A stretch of DNA of 64,000 nt from Eledone cirrhosa (GCA_964016885.1 OZ024745.1:87358001-87422000); one strand, 5' to 3'. Counted from the first letter of the stretch, positions 12,790-26,680 are shown. Notes: generated by a model not told the origin, from the sequence alone. Numbers and translations: made by a program.

Positions 12790-13284
12790 ATTATGTAGAA
12801 TCTCCCAATTTCTTCCAGTTTTGGGGCACTTTTTTTCATGGTACTTACTCCCCGTTTGAGGTTTTTGAGGTTGGCAGGTCTGTAGAAGCATATTGTTAAA
12901 GAATGGGGTACGCACGTGTGAAGTAATGGAACGATACACTAAGATTATGTTTATACATGAACGTTCTAGAGTATTGTTTAAGTTTATCAAAAGATTTTAC
13001 TAGCTCCGAATTATAGAAGGAACACTATACAATTCATTATCGGCTTAACGATAGCAACTTCGCGTTGATGTGGAAACAAAGTTACGGTGACACTGTAACC
13101 GGTAAGTGACGTAAAATTCCAAGCGCAGTGTCAGTCGCTGATAGTGGAAACAGTCAATCGAAGAGATCTCAGAACTCACTCGCTTAACAAGTGAGGTGGA
13201 GCTCGTCAAATCGGATCGCGGAAACAATGTTTCCATTGCTCTTTCCAATTGTTAATACTCTCTATCGGTGGTAAATCCAAGCAG

Positions 13285-13398
13285 AAGGAGCAACGTGATA
13301 TAAAGTGTCTTGTTCAAGGATATAATGCATCGCCCGGTCCGAGAACCGAACTGACAACCTCACGATTGCGAATCCAATTCTCTAACCATTCAGCTTTC
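13285..13398 (-). mobile_element. tRNA-head CORE-like SINE (family B), partial
   Basis: Similar to 50100-50215 (TAAAGTGTCTTGTTCAAGGA). Confidence 0.65.
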
Positions 13399-13431
13399 AC
13401 TAATGATGGTGACAAATGAACTAATTATAAT

Positions 13432-13598
13432 AATAATGATTTCTACTATAGGCACAAGGCCAGCAATTTTTTTGTGGGAGGTGAAAGTCGATTAAATCAA
13501 CCCCAGTACATTACTGGTACTTTATTTTATCGACCCCGTAAGGATGAAACGTAAAGCTAACCTCGGTGGGATTTGAACCCAGAACGTAAACGACCGTA
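13432..13598 (-). mobile_element. SINE family A
   Basis: TACTGGTACTTTATTTTATCGACCCCGTAAGGATGAAA...GGGATTTGAACCC. Confidence 0.8.
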
Positions 13599-13599
13599 G

Positions 13600-13643
<44 letters not shown>

Positions 13644-13938
13644 CTAGATTAATATCAATCTCAGCTGATAATAATAATGATTTCTACTATAGGGACAGGT
13701 GAAGATTCTCTATTCTATATTTATAGTAGCTACTTCATATAAATACACTTGTTTTCTATTGTCTTAGAAGACCTTTGAAGATACTCGCAGCTACAGATCA
13801 ATAATAATCTATGTGCAATAAACAAATGCGGCGGTTAACCCATATTTGCTTTCCTAAACTGTTGATTATTGATTCAGTTACGATTCTATCTTCAAAGCTC
13901 TACTGAGACAATAATATAATTCAAGCAAAATACACATG

Positions 13939-14041
<103 letters not shown>

Positions 14042-14042
14042 G

Positions 14043-14340
14043 AAGGCTTGGTGGTTAGAGTGTCGGTTTTGCAATCGAGAGGTTGTGAGTCCAATTGTCG
14101 GACCGGGTGATCCGTTGCGTCCTTGAGCAAGACACTTTATTTCAAGTTGCTTCAATTCACTGAACTGTAGAAATATTGGTATCAAGCTGTATCGGCCACT
14201 GCCTTTCCCTTGGACAACATTGGTGGCGTGGAGAGGGGAGACTGGTATGCATGGGAAAACACCCCTTGTCCAGGATTGTGCATCGGAGGGCAACATTCTA
14301 GGTGTAAAACCATGGCCATTAGTGACCGATGGGGTCCCTG
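14043..14340 (+). mobile_element. tRNA-head CORE-like SINE (family B)
   Basis: Head GGCTTGGTGGTTAGAGTG, central TCCTTGAGCAAGACACTTTATTTCA. The 3' part differs from that of the 49.9-kb copy. Confidence 0.75.
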
Positions 14341-14708
14341 AATATATATATATAATGAAATATATAGGGAACAAAGAATCAGTATTGCATCGTATACATA
14401 TCTAATATATATTTGTGAAATGGGTGGGGGTTGAAATTCAGTTGTGCACGGTTAAATGGTAGTAGACGTGGTCGGACGGACATGAACATTTACGCACCTA
14501 TGTAAAAAGTGCCAAGGAAGCAAATAAAGGAGGTTTCAAATCTCTACCTTGAAAAATGTGGTCCCTGGGGCCCCAAAACGGTCTATTTACTATCGCTTTC
14601 GGTGAGTTATTTCCCCCTGTTCTAATACTTGGAGGAGTTATTTACAATTTCATACACATAAAGCAGTAAATAAAGGATTATGAGTTCATGCAATTGACTT
14701 ATGTTTCG

Positions 14709-14766
<58 letters not shown>

Positions 14767-15198
14767 GAAAACGCTTTAATAAAAAAAAATATCAACTGTA
14801 ATGTATGCATGTATTTATGTGTTTATATGAGCGGGGTTATGCAAGTAAATCTTACTTTGTGGACAGCTGCCCCTTAGCATAATTTTCATGCTAGAACAGC
14901 ATATATTTGAAAGTTTTCAGGGAGTTGAATTACTGATTTTGGATCGGCAGCTTTAGCTTTGAAAAAATGAAATGTGCAGTGTAAACATTTTTTATTATTT
15001 CTCCGGGGATGAATCTTCTCTGCATTTTTCCATCTCTTTCTTTCTCTCTGGAAGAAATCAGCCGTAGTAAGATCTGAAAAATTGGTTAGATATACCATGA
15101 CGCACCGTGCATTACGGTGGTTTTGAAAACAGACTCAGAACATGGCGTTGTGTGGGGGTGGCTCGCAGCCCAATGTTCTAGGGGGAGCAAAATAATAA

Positions 15199-15236
<38 letters not shown>

Positions 15237-15939
15237 TGTGAGCTGGAGTCCTATCAAATATGTAGGTTGTGTCTTAAATTGAAGGTTTAGTAGAAACAAT
15301 TCATGTATAGTTTTGTACTTTTCTTTTTGTCATTCATATATAAACAAATCTACTATATAAATTGGAATTGGTCGGACGTTGTATATGTAGGGGTAGTCGG
15401 ATAAACGTCGAAATGGCTTGGTGGAATGCAGCTAAAATTTACACAGTTATGCAAAATGACCGGAGGAGGCGCTGGGTCGAGTTTCAAGCTACAAGCTTCC
15501 ATGGTTACGGAGAAAATCGATGAAAAAGGAATTTCCCATTCAAATTGAACTGAGAGTAATCTGTGAACGCAGAAGTAAATATTTCGAGAAACGTTGCAAC
15601 CGAACGAAAACAGGAAGACGATATTTTGGTTCGTGAAGACGTTCCCTGGTAACGAACGGGAAAAAAGCGAGGATAATACGTCGTTATGTGGATCGTAAAG
15701 AACAATTTCATGCAAAGACAAGAACAAGTTTATGGTATAAATGGAGTCGTTAGACAAATATTCTATTTAAAATAACAGAACAATTTCCAGCCCCAGAATT
15801 TAAGAATTATGTAAATAAAATTGAAAACGAAAATGACAGAGGTTATTAAAATAGTAAAAGTAAATAGTGAAGATTTAGGCCAGTACATACGCACACACAA
15901 ATACATACCCCCCCATACACACACACACACACACACGAA

Positions 15940-16395
15940 CGCACGTGCGTATGTATAAATCTTAATGCATTTCTACAGTATTTTCACCAAACTTAAGACA
16001 TAGGTTACTTATGTACTCCGGATGGTCATGGGCTCTGTGATTTTTCCAGATATTGATTATATGACCCCCCGGCAGATACGCTCTTTGACCACTTTAACCA
16101 CTTCCTTGGAGTCGACTGAAGCACTGCAGTGCAATGCAACAAAACATCATAACTTCTGGAGTTCGCAACCGATTTTCACAAAACTTGACACATGGGCTAC
16201 GTTTGTCCTACAGATGAATGTGAACTCTCAAAATTGGCACATATTGGGTAGGGGACCCCTGGGGGCAGGAACCCCCTTTTGGAAAAAGACGATGATTTTG
16301 TAAAAGTATAGTTTTCGAAACAGCGTGAAATATTGACATAAATGGTATACACAACTGGTATTTAATATCCGAGCAGCGCCGGGGACATCTGCTAG
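15940..16395 (+). mobile_element. Non-autonomous Helitron (3' part)
   Basis: Ends CCGAGCAGCGCCGGGGACATCTGCTAG followed by T, with internal CCGATTTTCACAAAACTTG motifs. 5' end uncertain (possibly TCTAATATATA at 14401). Confidence 0.5.
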
Positions 16396-16636
16396 TTTAA
16401 TTATATATTACATATGTTTCACTGTCGATCAGCTCAAGGAACGAACGAATAGTGTTAGTTCCTGACTCTGGAAGGGGAAGCTCCTCAGATATGTGTTCTC
16501 ACTTGTAGACGTACATCCAAATGTATATGACGCAATACTAATCCTTTGTTCCCTATATATTATATTATTGATACTCTGGTGCCCATGTGCATCGACTGCT
16601 AATCCTGGCATACTGCCTGTGAACGCAATTCAATTG

Positions 16637-16959
<323 letters not shown>

Positions 16960-16963
<4 letters not shown>

Positions 16964-19906
16964 ATATCCACAGTTAGTTATGGGGTCTAGTCTGCATGAA
17001 GAACTCAATGTAATCCATATGTTGATAATGTTGTAGGTTAAAATAAATACCGGAAAACAAAAAAATCATCAAAAGGAAAATAGAGTCATGATATAAGCTA
17101 AAACAATGAAATAAAAGTTCAAGTCATTAGGAAAATACTTCACTGCTTTACGATCGTTTCTAGGTGATAATAATACATCGTATGCATATTTCGTTATCGA
17201 TCTATATAAGGTTAGTTACAAAATATCAGATAGGAGAATATTTACCTTACTTGTATATCATCAGCTGTCGTCAAAAGCAATAAGAATTTTATTCAATTAT
17301 TCAATATCAGTAGTAAGTTGGGTTTGGTGACCTTATTTGGAGGCTGCCGAAGAATAAACCAATCAAATGGTATTTTGCCAAATGATGTTAAGACGAAATA
17401 AAACCCACTCTAGCTAAGGTCACGACCTCTTTAAAGGAATGGTTGAAATGTGTTAAAAATAAAATTACATATAGAGAAAGGGGATTGTATTAATAGTGGA
17501 TTGCATTTGGTGTAGTGAAATTTAAAAAAAATATTTATTTGAGTTGTGTTGAATGGAGTTTTTAGGTGAATATAATTAAAGAAATATGAGATATACGGAA
17601 ATAATTAGAATAAATATAGATAGGTAAGTTAATTGTGATAATTAGGAAGGATAGTATATTAAAATATTAAAATTATAGTAAGAAAATTAAATACAATAAT
17701 ATATTAATATAATATAATGTAATAAAATAATCAGTAACATATGAATCTATGGAAGCTAAAAAATTAAAAGGTTAAAAGATTTTAGGAGAAAGGGATATTA
17801 ATAGAACTATAGTGAGCTGTTATCTAGAATGTTTAGTTAGGTTTATAGTATTTAAATGTTTTTCGTATTACAAACTATAATCAATTCTTGTCGTTTATTC
17901 AATAAATCGTCTTTAGATTTAGTAATTTCCAAGATCTCACCGGAACATAATCTGCATTCTCTCCTGTTCCCAAGATATGGAGTTCTTTGTAGAATGATAT
18001 TCCTTTCTTTTTATAATCATTTACTGCTTCAGCTAAGGATGTGGTGTTAGCTAGCTTAGTATTGCTAAAGCTACTGGGGTGTGCGTAATATCTTTTCTTA
18101 AATGTGTACGATGTAGATCCTATATACGATTTGTTGGAGTTATTATTAGACACAGTGCATTTATATATTACATTATTAATCAAACAGTTGCCATTTAAGG
18201 GACAAGCGTTTCTATTTCTGCAATTACAACCATACGTAAGATGGTTGTTGGAAGTACCTACATAATTCTCATTAATCTTTGAGCTATTCTTATTGTAATT
18301 AATGTAAGAGAGAGAATGAGTGCTGCTTTGTGGGTGATTTAGTGCTGGGGTTGTATTGTGATTTTGTGTTATGTTGTTTTTGTGTTGGTGATTTGGGTGG
18401 TTGTGTTTTCCAGGTTGAAGAATTGTATTGTTTGTCCTTTTAAGAGATGTAGTTTTATTTAAATTACCTTGTGATGGTGTGGTCAAATTATTTTTCAATT
18501 TATAAATGTTGTAGTTGCTTATTTTCCGTTGGAGATTGTTTGATGTAGAGTATGAGAATTTAACAGTATACCTGTTAAATATTTGGTGGTATCTGTGGTT
18601 TGGTGGAAAATGTTTATGTAGAATTTCGAAGAATTTTTTGGGGATTTGATATCGGTACTATCAGCAAGAAAATTATTGATTGAATCATCCCGCAGATTAG
18701 AAAATTTGTAACACTTCCCTTATAGGATAACACTTCCCAGGTTATTGAATGGTTCACTAACATCGAGAATAAAAACTCAGCTTCATTCATACAATTCGAC
18801 ATCGATTCTTACTATTCTTCGATTTCCCCAATTCTCTTAAACAAAGCACTGATTTTCGCCAGAAATAGATCGAATTTATCTACTGAAGAAATCAACATCA
18901 TAAAACAAGCTAGAAATACCTTACTAAACTTTCAAGACGAACACTGGACAAGAAACACATATAACAACTTATTCGATATAACGATGGGCTCCATGGACTC
19001 TGCGCAAGTTACAGACCTCGTTGGACTATTTCTCCTCTATAATATTCATTCCTCTTTTCCCCGCCACAAAGGAGGTCTCTATGGGGATGATTGTTTATTA
19101 ATATCTAACAATCTTAGCAATTCTAACATAGAGAAAAACAAAAAACAAATTTGAAGATTCCTCAAGGACTATTACAACCTTAATATCAGCTTTGAAAACA
19201 TCTCAAAAGTAACCAACTTCCTTGACATTACCTTAGACCTCTCCACGAATATTTATCCACAAAACCAACCAGAATCTACACTATGTGCATTCACGCTCAG
19301 ACCACCCTGGCTCTATACTAAAAAACTTAGTATATAACATATCTCTTAGACTTTCTAAATTATCCTACAATGAGGATATATTTTATAAAAATGCACCTTT
19401 CTACAACGAGGCCTTAATTAAAAGTGGATATAAAGAAAAATGTTCAGCACTACTATGGACCACACTACAAAACCTAGCAAAAACTACAAACACCAAAAAC
19501 TACCATCGAAACAAATGCCGAATATGATTATTCCTATCACACCAAACAACCGAAAAACCACAACAACTATTACTACACGATCTATGACCAATGTTAACAA
19601 TTCACATATGACTACCAAACATTCAACCTCCCATAATCTACCCAATAATAACACCAAATACAACCACTGGAATTTACCAAAATCCACTAATACAAATACT
19701 GACCATAGGAACTCTTCTAGAACATAACACATTATTATAAGTGAGAAGAGGAAATTAACTAAATACCGCAAAAGAAACATAACATGGTATAACGCACCCT
19801 TCAACCTGCAAACTATTGGACAGATCCCTCAAAAATTCTTAAAAATTCTACATAAACATTTTCCACCAAACCACAGATACCACCAAATATTTAACAGGTA
19901 TACTGT

Positions 19907-19908
<2 letters not shown>
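16960..19908. mobile_element. Penelope-like element (Nematis-like type), 5'-truncated with inverted 5' half
   Basis: Minus 17000-18645 encodes the linker and GIY-YIG (CNCRNRNACPLNGNCLINNVIY...YIGSTS...FKKRY). Plus 18650-19908 encodes RT (FIQFDIDSYYSSIS, FDITMGSMDSAQVTDLVG, LYGDD, NFLDITLDL). Homologous to 61150-63665. Confidence 0.85.
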
Positions 19909-19944
<36 letters not shown>

Positions 19945-20117
19945 TGTATGTAAATATATATATATATATATATATAGAGATAATTTAATATGTCAACTAA
20001 CATAGGCGCACAGATGCACGTCCATGCCAGCAAATACACAGGTTATGTCATAGTGAAAATTTAAGTAAGTAAAACATTTTTTAAAAATTCTTTTAAAAAA
20101 TATTTTCTTATTTTACG

Positions 20118-20308
<191 letters not shown>

Positions 20309-20404
20309 AAGGTTAAACAAGTTTCAATGAATAAATCAAAGAATGAGTTTTACAATAGATTGGAAGCACTCAACAGTATTGGTATTTCTGGAGTTATTAA
20401 TATT

Positions 20405-20727
20405 AATTCAAAATATTAACAAAAATAGACATTCGTGTGATCAAGTATAATTTATTATACATATTTCAGAGGTACTGAGCTAACTTCAACAGTACGTCCT
20501 CATCAGATAAAACAAGATGATGCATGACATACCCTGACATAGTAGATGGTTAAGATTCAGTCGTGGTAGTACTGAATCTTAACCATCTACTATGTCAGTG
20601 TATGTCATGCATCATCTTGTTTTATCTGATGAGGACGTACTGTTGAAGTTAGCTCAGTACCTCTGAATTATGTATAATAAACTATACTTGATCACACGAA
20701 TGTCTATTTTTGTTAATATTTTGAATT
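20405..20727. repeat. Near-perfect inverted repeat (~156-bp arms, 11-nt spacer), probable inverted PLE pseudo-LTR stub
   Basis: 20405-20560 is the reverse complement of 20572-20727 with few mismatches. (TA)n lies on both sides. Confidence 0.92.
20451..20511 (-). ncRNA. Minimal type I hammerhead ribozyme
   Basis: TTTAT CTGATGA G GACGTACTG-loop-CAGTACCTC T GAAA TATGTA T A ATAAA. The mirror copy at 20621-20681 has GAAT. Confidence 0.65.
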
Positions 20728-20899
20728 TATATATATATATATGGAATTTATCGAAGTTATCGTTGTGAGAAAAGTAATAGGAGTCGATATATCTAAGGGA
20801 ACTCGATCAACAAATGGGTTAGTTGTTTTATAGAGACACAATCAAATACATCCTCAACGAAACGCCAAAACACATACACCAGTAATATTGAGGAGGGTC

Positions 20900-21660
20900 T
20901 AATGGAAACAAGAAAGAAATTAGAAGAAGAAAACATAACACAATTAATAAACAAGGAACAGCAAAAACCAGCTCCCTCGTATTATGGTGGAATCTCAAGA
21001 TTTGTGAAGAAAATGATTAGATATAAGCAACTGGAAAATATCAGGGATAAACCTAATCCCCAGTGTCTCGCAGAAACAATGAACAGGTAGCAGCAACATT
21101 CAGTAAAATGATACACAACCTAGAATGAATACCTGACAGGTTGCTGGAGGCGAAAACCACTTTAAAACCCTACAACTAATATAAAAAAAAAAAATAACTA
21201 TACATTTACAAATTATAAGCATATAACATGCCTACCAGCAATATATAAAGCCATCATATCCGTAATATATATAACAGCTGATTATACACATGAACAAAAA
21301 ATATATGTATTCCCTGAAGAAAAGGTAGAATGCCGGAGAGAACTATATAGCTTCTACAGATGGAATCGTTATGACACAGTCCACAGGAATTAACTAGAAA
21401 ATACAATGATACAAATGAATCAGTTTAATATTACAATCTGAACTCAATAAGAGAAATATGATAATTGGTATAAATAACGCTAGACAGTTACAAATTATAG
21501 ATTCAATATAATACCCAGAAAGTAAGTGAATTTAACAGCTAAGACAGAAAGAAATCCAGGGAACTACAAACAACGTTCTGAAGCCACTATTCCTGAGCTG
21601 ATGTAGTTAGGATGTAACTACATCACACGGAAAGGACGAGGTTTAATATAAATTGGTAAA
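20900..21660 (+). pseudogene. Highly degraded non-LTR RT fragment (R4/Dong-like)
   Basis: Remnants IPDRLLEAKT, YKHITCLPAIYK, FPEEK..CRR, YDTVH, RKGRGL in mixed frames. Confidence 0.5.
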
Positions 21661-22027
21661 AGTGAGATTAAAAAACACTTAAATGCAAGCGAATGAAATA
21701 TTAACTACTGTAATTAAACGAAATGTTTTCTCTAAATATAATATAAAAGCTAGAAGCTAAGAAAAAGAAAGAAAAGATTTAAAACAAAGAAGTAAATTAG
21801 CACGGAAAATATGATAAAGAAAAAAAATGGAGATAAAAACCACAGTATAGACTCATCATTTGAGCAAAACTGACCCCTCTGCGACGTCATAAATATTTTT
21901 ACCGCTCTTGCTTTGCAGAAATCAATTCTATTGTGTTCTGTTAAAGGGACAATGTTTTCAATTTTGTCTTTCGTGGAATATCTAAGTGTGCTAAATGTCT
22001 CTTCTATTCCTTTCGTTTGCGAACAAT

Positions 22028-22215
22028 AATATAATTGTTTCTACTTTTGGCACAAGACCAGCAATTACCCAGTGCATTACTGGTACTTTATTTTATCGAC
22101 CCAGTAAGGATGAAAGGCAAAGTTAACCTGGGCGGGATTTGAACTCAAATCATAAAGGGAGGTAACTCTATGCTTCAAAGCATGGCGTCCGACCCTCTAC
22201 CGATACTGCCAACCC
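22028..22215 (-). mobile_element. SINE family A
   Basis: Full-length reverse-complement match to 2976-3155. Confidence 0.85.
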
Positions 22216-22242
22216 AGAACAATAATATAATGGTTTCTTATA

Positions 22243-25185
22243 TGCTTTCTGATGAGTCGCCTGGTCTCGCCGGACGCCTCATCGTGAAGAAGGGGTGCCA
22301 ACCACTAATCTCAGTGGGCAAAGAATCAGCAAATACAGACGGCAGGCGTTGAGTTAGCAACCCGGCACTACTGTAAAAATTCTAACCGCTAAAGAAACAG
22401 CAAGAAAAGCAAAAAAAAAACAAAAATGAACTGCGTAAATATGAAGGCGTGGGAAACACTCCACTCTTGACGGACCTCGACCAAAGCCGAAAGGACGTTG
22501 GGGTTCCGATGAACCGGATTCTGAGCACCAAAACAAAGATGCGAATAGGAACTCGGAACGTGCGTACCAGGCAGGAAAGCTGGCTCAGCTACTTCGCGAT
22601 TTCGACCACTACCAGCTGGACATTCTGGGCGAGAGTGAAATGCGCTGGACCGGCAGCGGAAAGATGAGTGGCAGCGGAGACACAAATCTGCTCTACTGTG
22701 GACACCAAGACAAGCACGTTCATGGAGTTGGACTTGTGCTTAGCGCCCGAGCAACTCGAGCATTGATCGGATGGGAACCAGTCAGCGAGCGCATCATAAC
22801 CTCCCGTTTCAAAGTGGGCATGCGAAAATCACTGTTGTTCAGGTCTACGCACCGATTGATGACGCAACCGACATTGACAAGGACGCCTTCTACGAACAGC
22901 TGCAGGACACATTTAATAACTTGCCCGGCCATGACATCAAACTACTGATCAGTGATTTAAACGCTCAGATTGGCTGCAACAGACAGGGACTGGAACAGGT
23001 CACTGGGCCATTCGGTTCTGCTGCGGTCACCACGGACAACGGCGAGAGACTGCAGCTGTTTTGTGCCATCAACAGCTGTGCATTAACAACACCTATTTCA
23101 AACACAAGACGATTCACAAGGCAGTCTCCGGAACAGAAAAGGCGAAACGAGATCGACATCTGCATCAAACAGCGCTGGCGGTCCTCGGTACGTGACGTCA
23201 GAGTGTACCGAGGTGCGGACGTGAGTTCAGACCACCACCTACTGTGTGCGCAACTTCAGCTGCGCCTGAAGAAACGGACACGACAGGAAAGACCAAAGCC
23301 ATATGCAGTGGAGAAGCTGAAGTATCCCGGTCAAGTGCGACTGTACCAACTGGCGCTACACAACCGATTCCAGCAGTTGAGTGAGGCTGCAGATCTGGAA
23401 GATCAATTGACTGAGGCAGCACAAGAAACTATTGGCCGAAGAGGATGAACGGGGAGGGAAAAATGGATCTAAGAACCAACGTGGGACCTGATCGACAGAC
23501 GAAAAACGGCAAAAGTCGAGCGAGATTCTGCCAGATCGGAGGAAGACCAAAAGAAAAGAAATGTCGTATACCGCCAAATCGACCGACTGGTAAAGCGAAG
23601 CTGCCGGCGGGACAAACGTGACTGGCTGGAGAAAAAGGGTGCTGAGGCAGAGGAAGCTGCTGGTCGAAACGACACAAAAGCACTGTTCCGCATCGTGAGG
23701 GAGTTGACAGGAATGTCGAGTGGTACCAGGATGACGATGAAGGACAAAAATGGCAAGACGTTTACCACTGGAGCGGAACAGGAGCAGAGATGGATGGAGC
23801 ACTTCCGGGAGTCGCTGAACCAACGAAATCCGGTCGCCCTGATAGACTTGACCGCAGAGACCCCAGCAACCACTGAGGTACTCAAAGTCTGCGAGGATCA
23901 TATCACCAAGCAAGAGACGAGAGATGTAATTAGCCACTTGAGGAACGGCAAAGCAGGCAGACTGGATGAGATCTCTGCTGAGCTGCTCAAATTCGGTGAA
24001 GAGAGCACGATAACGGCGTTGACAGACTTGATGAATCACTGCTGGAGGGTTGGTCGAGTTCCCCTTGTGTGGCAGCGCTGTGTCATCGTCAAACTGCCAA
24101 AAAAGGGAAACCTGGCAGACTGCAACAACTGGCGTGGTACCACATAGCTGTCAGTCCCAGGCAAGGCCTTCTGCACTGTGCTGCTGCGTCGACTCCAGCA
24201 GGCCTTCGACTCTGTGCTCCGAGAAGAACAAGCCGGCTTCCGAAAAAATCGATCTTGCACGGAACAGATCTTTACACTACGCAACATTCTCGAACAATGC
24301 ATTGAGCTACAACGGCCTTTGGCGGTCAATTTTATTGATTTCCAGAAGGCATTCGACAGTGTACACCGGGAGTCGCTGTGGAATGTTGCGCGACTGTACG
24401 GCATTCCTGCAAGATTCATCGCCATTTTCAAGGCCCTGTATGAAAATTCCAGCTGCTGCGTGCAGACTGAGTCCGGTGTGACGGAGTTCTTTGACATTGT
24501 CTCCGGAGTCAGACAGGGTTGCATTGTCTCTCCACTGTTGTTCCGGCTGGCAGCCGATTTCGTATTAAGGCGAATGGATGAATGACCCGGTCGAGGAATC
24601 CCATGGAGAGGGTAGTCGAGGCTGAGGGACCTGGCATTCGCCGACGACATCGCTTTGATCGCTAAAAATAGTACAGATCTGCAGGCCCTAACAACATCCC
24701 TACAAGAGAGTGCGGAAAAGATCGGCCTGAGAATCAACACCAAAAAGACAAGGTCATGAGAACGGCCAGCAACACAGATCAAGTGATCAGATTCAACCAA
24801 CAGGACCCTGAGGAAGTCGATCACTTCACCTATTTGGGCAGCAACCTGACAAGCAGCGGCGACGCGGAGTTCGACATCAACTTATGCGAGCAAGACCAAA
24901 AACAGTGAGACGGCTGAACGCTTTCCACCAGCGGTGCCTGCGAAAGTTCCTTCGTGTGTCCTGGCGCGACCGAGTGCGAAACGAGGAGATCCTGTGGAGA
25001 GCCGAGTCGTGGACGCTACAGAGAGTGGTCCCGGAGCGTCGGTGTCGTCTGGCTGGCCATATTCTGCGTCTGCTAAATGATCGGCATTCGAAAACAGCGA
25101 TGAACTGGACTCCGCCTGGCGGTAAACGGAGGCGGGGTTGCCCAAGGATCACCTGGCGACGAACGTTCCGGAAGGACCTGATGCA
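22243..25185 (+). mobile_element. RTE-clade LINE, near full length, decayed (APE endonuclease + RT)
   Basis: [83 protein letters not shown]. Confidence 0.92.
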
Positions 25186-25194
25186 CATATATAA

Positions 25195-25256
<62 letters not shown>

Positions 25257-25334
25257 TTATATATGTGGGTGGTCGAGATCGTTCCAGTGTCTTCCATTTG
25301 ATGGAGAACTCTATGTTCTTGTCTTGTACCTATA

Positions 25335-25925
25335 TAGTCTTAGTCTTAGATTCTTCCACGCCGTTCGGCGCATCGAGCAGTAATTACTTGCCAACGGTCA
25401 CGATCAGCAGCAACTTTTTCGTACCGCGCCAAGTGATCTTGGCTGCCATCAGGTCCTTCCGGAACGTTCGTCTCCAGGTGATCGTTGGGCAAACCCGCGT
25501 CCGTTTACCGGCAGGCGGAGTCCAGTTCATCGCTGTTTTCGAATGCCGTTCATTTGGCAGACGCAGAATATGGCCAGCCAGTCGACACCGATGCTCCGGG
25601 ACCACTCTCTGTAGCGTCCACGACTCGGCTCTCCACAGGATCTCCTCGTTTCGCACTCGGTCGCGCCAGGACACACGGAGGATCTTTTGCAGGCACCGCT
25701 GGTGGAAAGCGTTCAGCCGTCTCTCTATTTTTGCCGTACTCTTCTAGGTCTCGCTCGCATGAGTTGATGTCGAACTCAGCGTCGCCGCTGCTTGTCATGA
25801 TACTGCCCAGATAGGTGAAGTGATCGACTTCCTCGAGGTCCTGTTGGTTGACTCTGATCACTTGATCTGTGTTGCTGGCCGTTCTCAACACCTTGGTTTT
25901 TTGGTGTTGATTCTCAGGCCGATCT
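25335..25925 (-). mobile_element. Inverted 3' copy of the same RTE family with (CTAAGA)n tail
   Basis: 25450-25925 is the reverse complement of 24720-25182. It extends to the 3' end ...GAATCTAAGACTAAGACTA. Confidence 0.9.
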
Positions 25926-26053
25926 ATGTGTGTGTGTGTATATATATATGTGTGTGTATATATATATATATATGTGCACATATATATATGTGCATGCATA
26001 TATATGTATATATATATATGTGCACATATATATATATATATATATATAATATA

Positions 26054-26143
<90 letters not shown>

Positions 26144-26519
26144 GACGTGTATGTTGGTATGTATATGGTCGTGGGCGTGTGTGGGTGTGTGTGTGAGAGA
26201 GAGTGTGTGTGTATATGTATATGGGTGTGTATATGTACATATGTGTGTGTACATATGTGTATGCGTTTATATGTATGTGTGCTCGTGTGTGTGTATGTGT
26301 GGTAATATATGTGTGTGTGAGCGGACTTGTTAAATACCAAACCCACCATGAGTCCATTGAAGTGTGTCTGTCGGAGAGTAGCTGAAGGCCAGTAAGGCAG
26401 CAAATATTGACCAGAATTTATGATGACGTAGAAAAACAACAGCCAATAGCAAGACAAGAGGGGAAGATGTTTTTTGAAGCTGACACCCCAGTGAGAAAAT
26501 TTGTTCCGAAAGTATTGCA

Positions 26520-26609
26520 TGTGTCCGAAGAACCTGCAGATCTAGAATCAGACAGATCCATACAATGATCGTGTCTCGAGCTATCTGCCGGCGAAACAAT
26601 TGTAACACA
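26520..26609 (+). ncRNA. Type I hammerhead-like motif with CCGA core variant
   Basis: TGTGT CCGAAGA A CCTGCAGAT...ATCTGCCGG C GAAA CAATTG T A ACACA. Palindromic stem III (ACAATTGT). Confidence 0.55.
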
Positions 26610-26680
26610 CAATGCATCAATGCTTTTTCCTTTTATACTTTATATATATATATAGATATATATATATATATATATTATAT

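Noticed and set aside
22243-22335. HDV-like or hammerhead ribozyme at the RTE 5' end (CTGATGAG and hairpins)
   Set aside because: No GAAA partner for a hammerhead, and I could not place P2 or the catalytic C for an HDV fold. At most a decayed remnant.
23356-24824. Long antisense ORFs (227 and 262 aa), also 57675-58256
   Set aside because: Shadow frames opposite LINE RT coding sequence, with no recognisable motifs.
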